From NCBI RefSeq assembly GCF_001194135.2, contig NC_068984.1, forward strand, positions 38,198,347 to 38,262,346: a stretch of DNA of 64,000 nt, written 5' to 3'. This document shows positions 49,209 to 62,300 of this stretch, piece by piece; positions within the stretch are counted from its first letter, which is position 1, and every line of letters begins with the position of its first letter. Origin of the DNA: Octopus bimaculoides. Taxonomy: Eukaryota. The notes below the pieces were generated by a model. That model did not search any database. It was not told the origin of the DNA and worked only from the letters and a program-made list of their open reading frames with translations. The translations under genes were made by a program, and so were the position numbers.

Positions 49209-50214
49209 TTGTCTTGACATCACATGGTAGCTGTAAGCAAGAATCAATATTGTACAGACAGTGTTATTCTTTACCAGTCATTTATGAAAACATGTCTGGC
49301 CATGAGGAAACATTACCTTATTTCAAAACAGGTGAGGGCTGGTAATAAGAAGGGCATTAAGCCTTAGAAACTCTACCTCCATAAATTTCATCTGGTCCAT
49401 GGAAACGTAGAAAAGTGGACGTTAAAACAAAGAAGAAAAAGAAGATGATGATTATTGATGATGTTGATGATATGCAGTCATTGACCATAAATTACAAAGA
49501 TTTCAATATATTTTGACTCTTGTTTCTCCACTAGTGCTGATCAACATAAGTGCTACTTGGGAAATACCAGGTACTTTTGGCCCACATGGAAGCATGTTTC
49601 CTCCTGTTATCCATGTACCTATCATACCAAATCAGAGGCAAAAAGCCATCCCAACCATACAGTGATTATTTTATTTTACAACTTGCTGAAGATCTGTTAT
49701 TCACAATTATATATGCTTTCTTTCTACAGTTCAATAATCATTGCTCTGCTATCCTTTGTAAGTTCAATACTAGTCAGGCAGCACCTCAATATCACCTTTC
49801 CAACATATCATCAACTCAACAATCAGGCCATCTACACTTTAAGGCAGAAACTTTGCTTTGTTATTACAATACTAGTATACCCATGTCAAAAATCATGACA
49901 GTTTTTATAAATGATAGTAAATGGTGTATCCATTCAAAACAATGAGGAAAATCACTGATTAGTTTTTCTCTTCAAAACTATGAATTTTTTAACAAAAAAA
50001 TATAATTCATAAATGTGAAACTTTTTATAACAAATCTTTTAATATAAACACATGCATATGCACATTCATACACATACACATATATATTAATGTGTGTGTA
50101 TTTGTGTGTACATATACATATATATATATATATATATATCATGTATGCTCAACCAAGTGACATCGCGCATCACATAAGAGAAGCAGCATTTCCGAATATA
50201 TATATATATATACT

Positions 50215-50340
50215 TATGGTAGGTTTCTTTCAGTTTCCACTCACAAGGCTTTGGTCACACTAGGACTGTACTACACAGTGGAATTGAACCTGAAACCATG
50301 TGGCTGGGAAGCAAACAGCTTAACCCTGCAGCCATGTCTG
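50215..50340 (-). mobile_element. SINE family A, 5' part (minus strand)
   Basis: Reverse complement gives atggctgcagggttaag..tttgcttcccagccacatggtttcaggttcaattccactg...caaagccttgtgagtggaaactgaaagaa. Confidence 0.75.
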
Positions 50341-50539
50341 TACCTGACCCACTTAAACCATTCCCACATGAACACTGAGCTAAAAAGCAAAAATTTCACC
50401 ATTATCCATGCAGATCGTACTGGCTAAAATAAGAAGGAGCAGCCATTTTTCTCCATTGTTCCCTTGTCATGGAAGCAAAGGATTTATTTTCCAATGGTTA
50501 GTGTGAATTTGAGTCTGTATATTGTAAAGTTAATAATTT

Positions 50540-51250
50540 AATCATAGTTGATCTCAAAAGATCCCCCTCAAACACTTCTACAATGCTTTGAAGAGCATCT
50601 CAACAAAATCAAGTCTTTTCTTGAAAAACACAACTCTAGGAACACATTAGTGATTTGTAATTTTAATTTTCTCTATGTGAACAGGCTTACATATATCAAA
50701 GCAGGTAAATGCATCTCAACGCCAGACCAAACAGCTGTATAATTACTATTTAACTTCGTGGACGAATTTCTTCTGTCCCAACTTGTGCTTGAGCCAAAAA
50801 GACAAAGCAAAAATGTTTTGGACCTGATATTAACAAACCATTCTAGTTCTATCCACAAATATTTCAGTTGAGAAAATGCATTTTTGTGACCATGAGGATG
50901 TAGTACTACTGCAATCTTTGTTTCCAACATGCCAGAGTCAACTTAGTCCTCTTGTCCTAGTGCACCTGTTCAATAACAACAATCTACACAAAGCAGACTG
51001 GGAAGCATTTAGACAAGATCTGTTATTTATCAACTGGCCTTTGAAGTCTGAGATCATTGTCATAAATACATGTTCAAAACATGCTCCAGCAAAACTTATT
51101 AACACCAATAGAAGTATGTTCCCAAGGGAGAAAAAAAAAGTATTTATCAGGGAAATCTGAATTAAAAAAATCTATAAATTAAAATATTATCACCAGCAAC
51201 ATCCACCATCAACAGCAATATGAAAACTTGAGTTGAGAAAACATCACCTT
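50540..51250 (+). mobile_element. CR1/L2-like LINE apurinic endonuclease fragment (degenerate)
   Basis: FEEHLNKIKSFL...TLVICNFNF...LLFNFVDEFLLSQLVLEPKR..KNVLDLILTN...CDHEDV, resembling the GDFN / QxVxxPTR / LDLILTN / SDH motifs; later KADWEAFR. Confidence 0.65.
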
Positions 51251-51267
51251 CAAAACATACATCAACA

Positions 51268-51423
51268 GACATAGCTGTGTGGTAAGAAGCTTGCTTCCCA
51301 ACCACATGGTTCTGGGTTCAGTCCCACTGCACGGCACCTTAGGCAAGTGTCTTCTATTATAGCCTCAGGCTGACCAAAGCTTGTGAGTGGATTTGGTAGA
51401 TGGAAACTGAAAGAAGCCCATTG

Positions 51424-51458
<35 letters not shown>

Positions 51459-51687
51459 ATGTGTCTTTGTATTTGTGTTTGTCCCCCACCACTCCTTGGC
51501 AACCTGTGTTTGCATGTGTACATCCTGTAACTTAACAGTTCAGCAAAATAGATCAATAAAATAAGTACCAGGCTTCTAGAAGGAAAAAGTAAGTACTGGG
51601 ATTGATTCATTTGACTAAAAATTCTTCAAGGCGATGTCCCATCATGGCCACAGTCTGCTGACTGAAACAAGTAAAAGATAAAAGATA
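51268..51687 (+). mobile_element. tRNA-derived SINE, family A (full length)
   Basis: Collinear with 33304-33696. Confidence 0.85.
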
Positions 51688-52879
51688 ACCAAAGGGTTGC
51701 AGGGGTAGACTGGGTTATTAAATAAAATCAAACACAACCCCAACATGTTTATATCAAACAGTAATTTTGCTATTTGCTGAATAGACATCAATAAAATAAG
51801 TACCAAACTGAAATAGGTCTTAGAAATGAGATGATCGGCAAAAAACTTCTATGGCAGTACTCCAGCATGGTTGCATTGACTGGAAATCCCAGAAAGTTTC
51901 TGTCCTGAAGTGGAATGTTTTAGTAAAATGTTTAATATGATATCTGCAAGGTGAGATGCAATAAATAAAACAAGAAGAGAGGTTGGTGCACTGAATGAGT
52001 TTGCAGGAAGGGTGACAGGCAGGTTGGTAGTTTAGAACAGCAGATTCCATTGTAATAGTACAGTGGTGGTGGTGGTGGTAGTAGTAGTAGTAGGAGGAGG
52101 AGGAGGGGAAACAGCACGTCTGTAAGTTAGTTGTTTGCACATGTTGGTGAGTGTGTCTTTAGTAGTTTTATGGTTTTCTTTTTTAAGTGGTCTAAGATGT
52201 TTGCAGGCATAGCAGCAGTACTTTCTCAGATATATGTGTAGTGATCCAATGTAGGTACATACGAACTTTCTAGAGAATCAGCAATTGGTCAAAGCTGAAA
52301 TATTTTCTATTCATGAAACTAAATACCAGTCTTTGAGATGCAGATTTTGGCAAAGTTACTATGCATTAACTGCTTTGCATATGGCTATATGCCACCTTCT
52401 GAGCAATGGCATTGGAAGGTTGGCTAAACTAGGTTGTAGGTAGTTGATAACTTTTAGATGAAATTCTGTAAGTGCCTGTAACTATACAAATGTAAGAATG
52501 ATTTCCAGCATACTGTATGGAGGAAACTTACCATTAGTGATCAAAGTTCAACAGACAGAAAACATCATTGTTGTGAGTACAGTGAAAATATAGATCGTGA
52601 CATCCCACTGCATTTCTGGTGTAACTCTAATCATCTCAGCTCAACTTGCCACTGACCCAGGAAATCAGGGATCAGACAGTGAGACTGGTCAACCAGTACA
52701 GCCCCACCCCATCTCTGTTAATCCAAACCCTTCACAAGTCAAACTCAAAATACTTCAGACTATAAACAGACACCGGACCTTTCCTCATGGCAAACGAGCT
52801 ATTAGCATCTCTGCAACAATAAAATACTGCCACTTTCATAGAACCTTGCTCTTGAAAGTGCACAAAATAATAGTTATAT

Positions 52880-53275
52880 AGGTGTGGCTGTGTGGTTCAG
52901 AAGCTTGCTTAGCAACCATGTAATCGTGGGTTCAGTCCCAATGTGAAGTACATTGGACAAATTTCTTTTACTATAGCTTTGGGCCAACCAAAGCCTTGTG
53001 GTAGACAGAAAGCAAAAGAAGTATGTGTGTGTGTGATTGTGTATACCTTTGTCTTGACATCATGTGAGGATTATAAATGAGTATCATCATCATATAAGTG
53101 ATGGTGTTCATTTCCAGTTTTCCATGAAAACATCTGGTCATGGGGAAATGTTACCTTACTAAGAAATAGGTAAGTGTTATTGTCAGGAAGGGCATCTGGC
53201 TGTAGAAAACCTGCCTCAACAAATTCTGTCTGACCTCTGCATACAGGAAAAGTGGACATTCAATGATGCTGATGA
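52880..53275 (+). mobile_element. SINE subfamily with the family-A head and an RTE-like 3' tail
   Basis: Head ggtgtggctgtgtggtt.agaagcttgc; tail ggaagggcatctggctgtagaaaacctgcc...gaaaagtggacattcaatgatgctgatgat. A 3'-half copy lies at 49143-49445. Confidence 0.65.
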
Positions 53276-53464
53276 TAATAAATGAATCTCTGGTTGCAAC
53301 TGTGTCCTCCATTGTGGATATTCTTAAAGAAATGCTGTTGGTCTCCAAGAAGTAGGGGTCTTGGTCATCTCTGGAAATGAAGAGCAAACAAGACCATATT
53401 TAAGGTTGCCATACAAAATAATCAGAATCATATGGCCTAACATTGAGATGTTTAGTTGTGTACC

Positions 53465-53525
<61 letters not shown>

Positions 53526-53599
53526 TATGTGTGTATATATATAGAAAGTGTGTGTGAGAGAGAGAATTTTTTTCCATACTCATCCTGTGATGAACCTGG

Positions 53600-53995
53600 A
53601 CACTTCATCACCAATGTTTCTTGGGGTCAGGTATTTTAGATTTTTAAACATCAGACGTTCTCCTCTCAGATGACCCAGTAAGAGTTGATCAAACCCTAGC
53701 TTGTGCCCAGTTAGCACTATCCCTCACAGCACTGCCACTTCCAGAGCTTGCACCTTCTAACTTACGGCCACATTGAGGCAACCTCTGTGGTCTCCATAGC
53801 CAACCTAATGGTTTTCCACTTACTGGACTCTGCATGTAACTTCTGCAGAAGGACTGGCCCACAAACCCTCTACATCCTTCCTCTATGGGATCACACCTTG
53901 CCTGCCAACCAATGCTTTGGCAGAGTTCTACCAGCACAGCATATTTCTTCTCTTGCACTCATTTGTCTCCTCAATGCAGTCCCTAATGCAAATAC
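53600..53995 (-). mobile_element. Hero-like (restriction-like endonuclease) non-LTR retrotransposon 3' end
   Basis: EKKYAVLVELCQSIGWQARCDPIEEGCRGFVGQSFCR...EVAS.W matches the KY.ELV.EC...GW.A.C.PIEVGCRGF.GQSL.R pattern. Confidence 0.7.
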
Positions 53996-54820
53996 TCTTT
54001 ATTAATATTTGTGACGATTATGCTATTGAAAATAGCGACTTGATTGTCATTTCTCCACTGGAATATTTGTTTCAAGTAAATTACTATAAACTTCCACAAA
54101 CTAATAAACTAGTAAAAGAACAGCAGAGATAAATATGTAATGAAATACATTGTTAATCATATATTCACCACCCCAAGAAAGGGAAACTAACTTCAAATTC
54201 ATGTTATATATTCTGTAGAAAATTCTGTGATCCATTGTTAAACTGTTCTTTACATCGGTAATAATCTTGGTAAAGACATGAAAACATTAAACACTTATAA
54301 AAAGGTCGTTAAAGAAATTGTATTTCTACCATTCTATCATATAAACAAGAAAAGTAATTATCTAAAAACTAGAAAGAGTTATTTCCCTTGGAAATTTATT
54401 GCAATGAATACAATGGAAATATGTAAAGTTGTAGGGTACGTAGTTTTTTCGAACATAAACCATTGAAGGCGCGCCAACAAGTAAACCTCTATGTGGTCGT
54501 TCGATTTGGTAGAAATAGCAGCAAAATTTCTTCAAATCTTATCCTATCGGATGATTTGAAACATTCCTAAAGGTGTTGAGTTACTGGTTTGCTTAATCAG
54601 AGCTGACCTGAATCTAAAACAAAAAACTTAACCCTTCTTGCTTCTCTCTGGCTAATAGGTTTATATATCGTTACCAATTGATTTCTAAGTCACTTATTTT
54701 CTTTCTTTTTCTTTTTTAAGTAAGGAAACTGTACTTGTATGGGTTATAGTTTGAAACTTATAGGTGACTGACTGTGTGAGCAACTCTATGCCATTGTTTG
54801 CTTTTTTTTTTTTAATTTAG

Positions 54821-54832
54821 CCCTGAATGTAG
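54821..54832 (+). CDS. Candidate 12-nt microexon (CCCTGAATGTAG)
   Basis: tttgc(t)12aatttag| acceptor and tag|gtatgt donor; frame-preserving and open in phase 1 (LNV) or phase 2 (PEC). Confidence 0.25.
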
Positions 54833-55240
54833 GTATGTGTAGAAATAACAATGTCTCAGATGTGGTAGCAGTAGTCTATTGTAGATCTCATTTGATCTTT
54901 ATAGAGATTCAGAAAATATTGGGGGTGGGACTGCAGTATTTCTTTATCTTATGTATCTGAGGATTTTAATGATCAGAGTTAAACATATATCTATACATGT
55001 ATGTGAAAACCTGTGTAAGTCTTTTTATTGTGTGTGTTGTAGAGTGCCAATTATTCATGCATGCAAGTCTGCCCTCTCTACATCACCAATGTTGTTCATG
55101 GGAAAACGTCCACATTTTAGGGCTAATACATCTTAGCACCAATGTCATCACAGGTATTGCTATTAAAATGCAATGGACTGGAACAGATGCCATAAGGCAT
55201 TCTGTTCAATCTTCTAACAGAGAGGTAATATTTATCCCCA

Positions 55241-55765
55241 CTTAAACATGGGTGTTCTATTAGAACAAACTATACTGCAGTAGATATCATAAGAGAAACT
55301 CTCTTATTGGCTTTTGATGCAAAATTCACTCTTATTTGTACCACTAGTGGAGAGATAAATCTCCACCACCTCCAGTGCTGAGACCATCAAATTATGTGAT
55401 TTTGATCATCCTCAGCCTTGTCAATGATGGATGCTTGACCACGAGAGATAGCAATAATTCATCTCCTCACCAGCAATATACAGAATAGCGGTGCCAGAAG
55501 AGGTGTTGGTGTTGTGATTAGCCAGTTAGCTTCATAAAAAATATTTACTGGCACTGCTATTATATATATTACAAGTGGGGTGATGAATCACTGCTATCTC
55601 TCGCGATTGAATATCCATTGACAAGACTGTGTGCTGGTGGTCTCAGTGCTGGAGGTGGTGGGGATTTATCTTCTCACTAGCATTTTGCACCAAAAGCCAA
55701 TATGAGAGCTTTTCTCATGATATCTACTGCAATATAGTTTGTTTTAATAGAACATCCACATTTAA
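55241..55765. repeat. Long imperfect inverted repeat (arms about 255 and 220 bp, spacer about 50 bp)
   Basis: ttaaacatgggtgttctattagaacaaactatactgcagtagatatcat...gcggtgccag aligns with the reverse complement of ctggcactgc...atgatatctactgcaatatagtttgttttaatagaacatccacatttaa. Confidence 0.85.
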
Positions 55766-56319
55766 CTGCGGATATATATTACCTCTTGGTACTAATACTG
55801 CCTCTATTACTAATAATCTTATCACAGCTTCTGTCAATCCATCACCTTGGATTGGAACTCTTTTTAATGATTTTGAAAGTATGAAAGACAAAGTCCTCAG
55901 TAAAATTTGAATTCAGAGTGTAGAGAGTCAAAATAAAAACAGAAGATGCTATCTAACATTCAACCAGGATTCTAACTATGGTCATTCCATCCTTGTTGTG
56001 GGATATACTCTCCATACAGTTAAAATTCAAAACATGTAGTCCTAAATTTAAAATGGCTTGTTGAAAGAAATTTAACATCCACAGTAAATAAGATGAGCAA
56101 CTTCACAACTCTCTGGCGGTTGTGATCTGACCGTTTATATTTATTTGTTTTAATGGTCACAATTTTCACAACTCTACAGCAATAAGAAGGTTGATTTATT
56201 CATTTTTATCTAAAGTTTATTTTATTAATTAACCATAGAAAGTGGGATAGTGATCATGACATTTGTGAAGTTCAGCTTCAATTTCTATAGATTGATAACT
56301 GTAAGAAAAATATGGGTGA

Positions 56320-56700
56320 ACATGGAATTCAAAAGAGTTGCAGATCTACAGAGAAATGATTGGGTAAAATATTTAGTGAAGAGTCTGTAAGTGGAGGCAC
56401 TGTAAGGTTGGTAAGAGACAAGAGACAAGGATGTGTTGAATGAGCCAGTGTGGAGACGATGCTCAGCTCGCTAGGAACAAGATTGCTCATAGTAGTGACA
56501 GACAAGAACATGATCAAGAAAACATAGTACCTGTGAATTTTTGCTGTGTATATTGATGAGTGAGCTTGGCAAAAAAGGGAATGGCTTTTTTTGGAATATC
56601 ATGAAGGTTGAATGTGTATGAAGCAGCACAGTCTGTCTTAGATACATGAGCAGTCCTCCAATGTGAGTCATGTCAGAGGTTTGTGAAATTCAGCAATTGA
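56320..56700 (-). mobile_element. Possible jockey/L2-like LINE 3' end, very degenerate
   Basis: Minus strand ends ...NILPNHFSVDLQLF, resembling the WN.LP..FP..DLQ.FK LINE termini. Confidence 0.3.
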
Positions 56701-56973
56701 TTAAGGCTGTATCGTTTTCTGGCCCTGAAGAGGAAACCTAGTCTTTGGAATGCAGTTTTGACTATGCTATGTATATGAGTTGCCAATGAGAAACCATCAG
56801 AAATTGTGAGTTATAGTATTTGTAGCAACTATGAGTGACTTAATTATACAGTGTTTAAGTCTAGACAGGGTATAGAAAAGTTTTTCTTTCTTTTAAATGT
56901 ATAGTATTGCATCAGTGCTATTGAATAGACAGGTTGGTCGCAGCCACTATTATTATCATTATTATCATTATCA

Positions 56974-57011
<38 letters not shown>

Positions 57012-57211
57012 TAGTCTTATTTTTATCATGTGCTTTTACTACACTATCGAGTTCATCTCTGTGTGCCTTAGGTATGTGTTGTAGTTTGTTATAATGCTCT
57101 CATTTTTACTGTATTGAAAGTGTTTTACATAGGATGTGTGCAGGGCCTAGTAGTGCAATTTTTTGTATGTTATATATACTTGTTAGTCCCAGTGTTTTTA
57201 TTATGTATGTA

Positions 57212-57242
<31 letters not shown>

Positions 57243-57280
57243 CATGAACTTTAGGTTAGTTCAAATATGCTTGTGACATA

Positions 57281-58156
57281 CAGGGTGTGATGGGTAAATT
57301 GTTGCCATTTTATATTCATAACTTCACACATACGCATTGTTTGTTTTTTGATTTTGTCAACTGCATAGTATAGTAGGGTCAGTTGGGCACCGTCTGTGAG
57401 AAAAACAGCACCATGACGCAATTCACTTTGCCAGAAATTTGGAAACAACATGCTGTACTGCTTGGCATTCATGCCGGAAGCTCTGATATGAACATTTCAA
57501 TGTTTGGGTGGCAATCTGAGGACATGTACCAAGAGTGATAAAAAAATCAAACATCCAGTCAACATCATAATGTTTGGAGTGATTACTAGTGATGGCACCG
57601 TTATGTCTTCATTCATCTTCCCACACAGCCTCAGACTCAACACAGAGACCTACATCAAGTGCCCGGTGGAGGTAGTGCTGCTCAGAGTCAAGAGGGTGGC
57701 TACTAGAAGAACTTATATCTGGCAACAAGACTCTGCACCATGCCATACAAGCTGGAGAACCCAGTCATGGCTGTCAGACAATTTCTGCAACCACATCACC
57801 CCTAACATCAGGCCACCTAACTCCCCAGACTGCAACCCCCTTGATTATTATGTGTGAGGTGCAGGTGAGCGAGAGACCAACAAAACTCCTTGTAACACCA
57901 AAGATGAACCGAAGACAAAGATTATGGAAGTATTCGCCAACTTAAACAAGGAGACCGCTCAAAAGAGTTGCAGGAGATTCCTAAGTTGTCTGGAGGCTAT
58001 GGTTAAAGCCAATGACAATTTTATTGAATAAATTTACTTTTTAGTATTTCAAGATATTTTAAAGTAATTTTGGTAAATATATCTGTTAAAATGGGATATC
58101 AGCATTATTTTCATTTCTGCGTAATTTAAACGAGAGTTTATTCACTGCACTCTCTA
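57281..58156 (+). mobile_element. Internally deleted DD37D (maT)-type Tc1/mariner element
   Basis: TA then cagggtgtgatgggtaaatt end. ORF 57504-57857 has WQQDSAPCH...PPNSPDCNPLDYYV with exactly 37 residues between the two Asp residues. Confidence 0.85.
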
Positions 58157-58286
58157 TTTTAACTTCTAGAGCCAAGTTAAAATAGGTCAGAAACATATTT
58201 GAACAAACCTAAAGTTCATTTATTTCTCATCACTACTTAGCACTGCTACTACTGTTACTACTACTACTATCATCATCATCATTATT

Positions 58287-58500
58287 AAGGCAGTGAGTTA
58301 GAATTGTTAGCACACTGGGCAAAATGCTTAGCAACATTTCATCTGTCCTTATGTTCTGAGTTCAAATTCCACCGAGGTCGAGTTTGCCTTTCATCCTTTC
58401 GGAGCTGATGAAATAAGTACCAGTTATGCACTGGGGTCAATGTAATCAACTAGACCGTCCCCCAAAATTTCAGACCTTGTGCCTACAGTAGAAAGGATTA
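58287..58500 (+). mobile_element. tRNA-derived SINE, family B
   Basis: aaggcagtgagttagaattgttagcac...ttctgagttcaaattccaccgaggtcgagtttgcctttcatcctttcgg...ccttgtgcctacagtagaaagg, (ATT)n tail. Confidence 0.85.
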
Positions 58501-58604
58501 TTATTATTATTATTATTATTATTATCATTATTATTATTTTATTTATTTATTATTTATGAGATTGTTATTCATGGAAGCATTGCATGCCTAATGGGGTGTT
58601 TTTG

Positions 58605-59328
58605 TTACGAAGCCAGTATGCTCCGTTGGATGTGTAATGTCAATGTGAATACCCGTCAGAGTGTAAGTATCTTGAGAGAAAAGCTGAACATTAGAAGCAT
58701 CAGTTGTGGCGTGCAAGAGAGACGATTGCGCTGGTATGGACATGTGGTGAGAATGGAGGAGGATAGCTGCGTGAAAAAGTGCCACACCCTAACAGTTGAG
58801 GGAACCCGTGGAAGAGGTAGGCCCAGGAAGACCTGGGCTGAGGTGGTGAGGCAAGACCTTCGTACATTGGGCCTCACCGAGGCGATGACTACGGACCGAG
58901 ACCTTTGGAAATGGGCTGTGCGTGAGAAGACCCGGCAAGCCAAGTAAGATCGTNNNNNNNNNNNNNNNNNNNNNNNNNNNNNNNNNNNNNNNNNNNNNNN
59001 NNNNNNNNNNNNNNNNNNNNNNNNNNNNNNNNNNNNNNNNNNNNNNNNNNNNNNNNNNNNNNNNNNNNNNNNNNNNNNNNNNNNNNNNNGGCACATAAAA
59101 GACACCATTTCGAGCGTGGCCGTTTTCGTGCGGGTGACACGTAAAAGCACCCACTACACTCTCTGAGTGGTTGGCGTTAGGAAGGGCATCCAGCTGTAGA
59201 AACTCTGCCAAATCAGACTGGAGCCTGGTGTTGCCATCCGGTTTCACCAGTCCTCAGTCAAATCGTCCAACCCATGCTAGCATGGAAAGCGGACGTTAAA
59301 CGATGATGATGATGATGATGATGATGAT
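58605..59328 (+). mobile_element. Young 5'-truncated RTE-clade LINE (RT C-terminus, 3' UTR, (GAT)n tail)
   Basis: Open frame EASMLRWMCNV...RRLRWYGHVVRM...VEGTRGRGRPRKTW...DRDLWKWAVREKTRQAK*; CpGs retained; a gap lies inside the repetitive 3' UTR. Confidence 0.92.
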
Positions 59329-62300
59329 GCCTGTGTGCTGAAGTTTAAGAAGTGAAGGATGTTACTATCTGCATAGAAGTATGTTCAGTTTTAAGCAATA
59401 GCTAGCCAGCTATTAATCTAGAGAAAGAAAGTGTGGAAGACAATTGAACCTTGGGATGCACTCAAGTTGATAGAGTATGAATGAGAGAAACCTTGGTTGG
59501 CACATGAGATAAAAGATGGATGGAATTCTAATGCAGGTTCCTTAGCTTGAAGATTCTCATGCCAGACATAGATGAAAGATTTGCTGATTTCAAGGAAAAC
59601 AACATTGCTTTTACCAAAGTACTCACCAAGGAAAGATCACATATTTATAGAAGAGCAAGTTTATGATAGAAATGGCTGAATGAAGACCATACTGGTTTTC
59701 ATTGAAATTCAAATCAATGTTGCTGCTTATGACTATTCCTATCACATTTGAGAGGCAAAGGAAGAGGGAAAAGTCAGAGAGGTAAAAATGAAGGGCAAAT
59801 ATTTCTTATGTAGATAGTATAATGAGCTGAGATTTGGAGCTGATCAAGACAATTTAATGATTAAATGGAAAAAAAAATTATATTGTTTTGTGCTGTACAT
59901 GATACATTATGTGCAATTTATAATATAAGTCTTGTTAGGATAAAATTAAGTGTTCTAGTAGATGACCTCAATTAAGATCTGCAGTATTGATATATTGATC
60001 TATTTACAAAGAAAGAATGCCCGAGATTTATAGGAGAGGGATATAATTGATTGAATCCCAGTCAACATATACCTGGTGTTTATTTTATTAATCATGGAAG
60101 ATGAAGGTAAAATCAACTTTGGTTAAATTTCAATCCAAAATACTGAAGTACAAAATACTATACTGTAAATAGGATTACAACCAATTATTTGATGTAGTTG
60201 GTCAGAATAACAGAATGCACCTCTACTATTTATTACATTTACATGAGATAATTAATTAATGATTAATAACAATAACACTTTACAAAGCAAATCTATTGAC
60301 ATATTCTTAACATCACAAATCTTTGTGACAACTTCATATCTTTGAAGGACCATAACAAATACAAAGAAATACTTATTTGTTTATTTAATGTTGTTTAGTG
60401 TGTGTGTGTATTTAAACTTACCTGAACAGTTTGAGAACTAAGTCAGAAGTGTTAATTTCAAAGCACAGATTGAACGAATGTGGTAAGATAAACCAGCCAA
60501 GAGTTTGGTAGTTCATATACTCTAACTTAAATAATGTTGTGCCCATGGCCAAAACTTAACTCACAAATAGCCCAATCTATTTAACTGTAAATAAGTAATG
60601 GTTTTGTTTATTTCTTTGTTAACTCTGGCTGAGTATACTGATGAACAAAAGCATTTCAGCTATGATCAACTCTTCTTTTTGTATTTTTAGGACTACATTA
60701 ACCAATGAATTCTTTCCACTTTTTTTAAGATGGAAGGAGAGTTAGTTCAGAGAGATTTGACTACTATATCAAGGAGGTTGGGTGATCTTAAACAGGCTTC
60801 TTAGTTGACTTGAAATAGATACTATAAAACTGATGAGTATTTTATTAAAATGTAGGGATCAATTCAAATCCTTCTGAAATCACTGCTTAGAGACAGAAGG
60901 ATTCTACTCTATTTGCCAGAAGATACATTAAATGATGATAGCATCATTTGAAGTACTGCTGTAATTCAATTATGAGATTTACCAAAACATGTATTAGTTT
61001 TGTCATCAGATTTCAAAGTTCAACCAAATTTAGAGAATTAACAATGTCTGTATATAAAGTTAATCTTTCAATGTTCCATAAGGCCAGCTTTTAGCTCCAG
61101 TTTCTACCAGTTTCAGTGGATAATAGAGAAGACATAAGTTTATTTGTTTTCTTTAAAACATCCTACTCAGAGATGTGATGATACCATTGTAGATGATATG
61201 AAACCGTGACTGTTTAGTTTTCAGTGCAATCATTACCCATCTGGCCATTTCCTTCCTACTTGTATTTTTAAAGATTTAGTCATAGAGGGAAGGGTAGGGG
61301 CCATAATCTTTTTGCAAGACTTCTGTAGCTAGTGGAAGGAAAGGAAGATGTTATCCTTAGATGAAGCTCCAGTAAAGGCATTCGAAATCCAGGTGGTGGT
61401 GGTGATAAACCTACCATGTAAGAATAGAAACAATCCTTTCGACAAACTTCCACACAGTTTTTCAATAAATGATATTTCACTCACACGGCTTTAAGTGACT
61501 CAAGGTTATGGTAGAAAGGTACAAGGTAACAGAAATACAAGTAGTTGTGAAGTGAATTTTTAGGCCATACAGCCATGTTATACTTGTAAGTCTATTTTAA
61601 TTTACTTTGCAAAGGAATGTACATCTGACTAACAACCATTTACAGGCTGTGATCCTTATGACTTTGTCTCTTAAGAAATTTAAAATTCATTTTTCTAATG
61701 TATTTAAAAAATCGGTTCTTGAATCATTATAACCTCCACCTCTATCCTAATTATTGTCTCATATTCTGAGAGAAAACCTGAAATTTAAAAAAACTAATTT
61801 TGAGGGCTATGTTTTTTTGTAAAGTTATTTGAGACATAATACATGTAATGTAATTCCAATTAGTATTGCAGACCATTTGCCCTAAGGCACTCACTTTAAT
61901 CATTTCTAAGCAAAAGGCTGATAACTTTATCCAATAGTTTTTGTTGGATAAGGTTCTTATCAAGTGAATAAACCCCAGTATATTTTTGGTACCCATTTCA
62001 GTCATGAAGATAATGAAATGATTTTGTTATTTTTTTTAATGTCTGCTCTAAGGGATGGTAATGTCTATGGTACATTAGCACCTTTAGACTAATGAGATCA
62101 AAGCAGTAGATGCTTAAATTTGTATGGAAGGATACAATAAATTAAATCAATTCCACTACATAATTGGTTCTTAATTTTATTGAACCTAGAGACAAAAAGG
62201 TAAAGCTTACTGTAGTGAGATTTGAACTCAGAACATAGAAAGATGTAGCAAAATTCCACAGTGGAAAGTGAGTGAGGTGGGACAGATATCAGGCTTGTAA

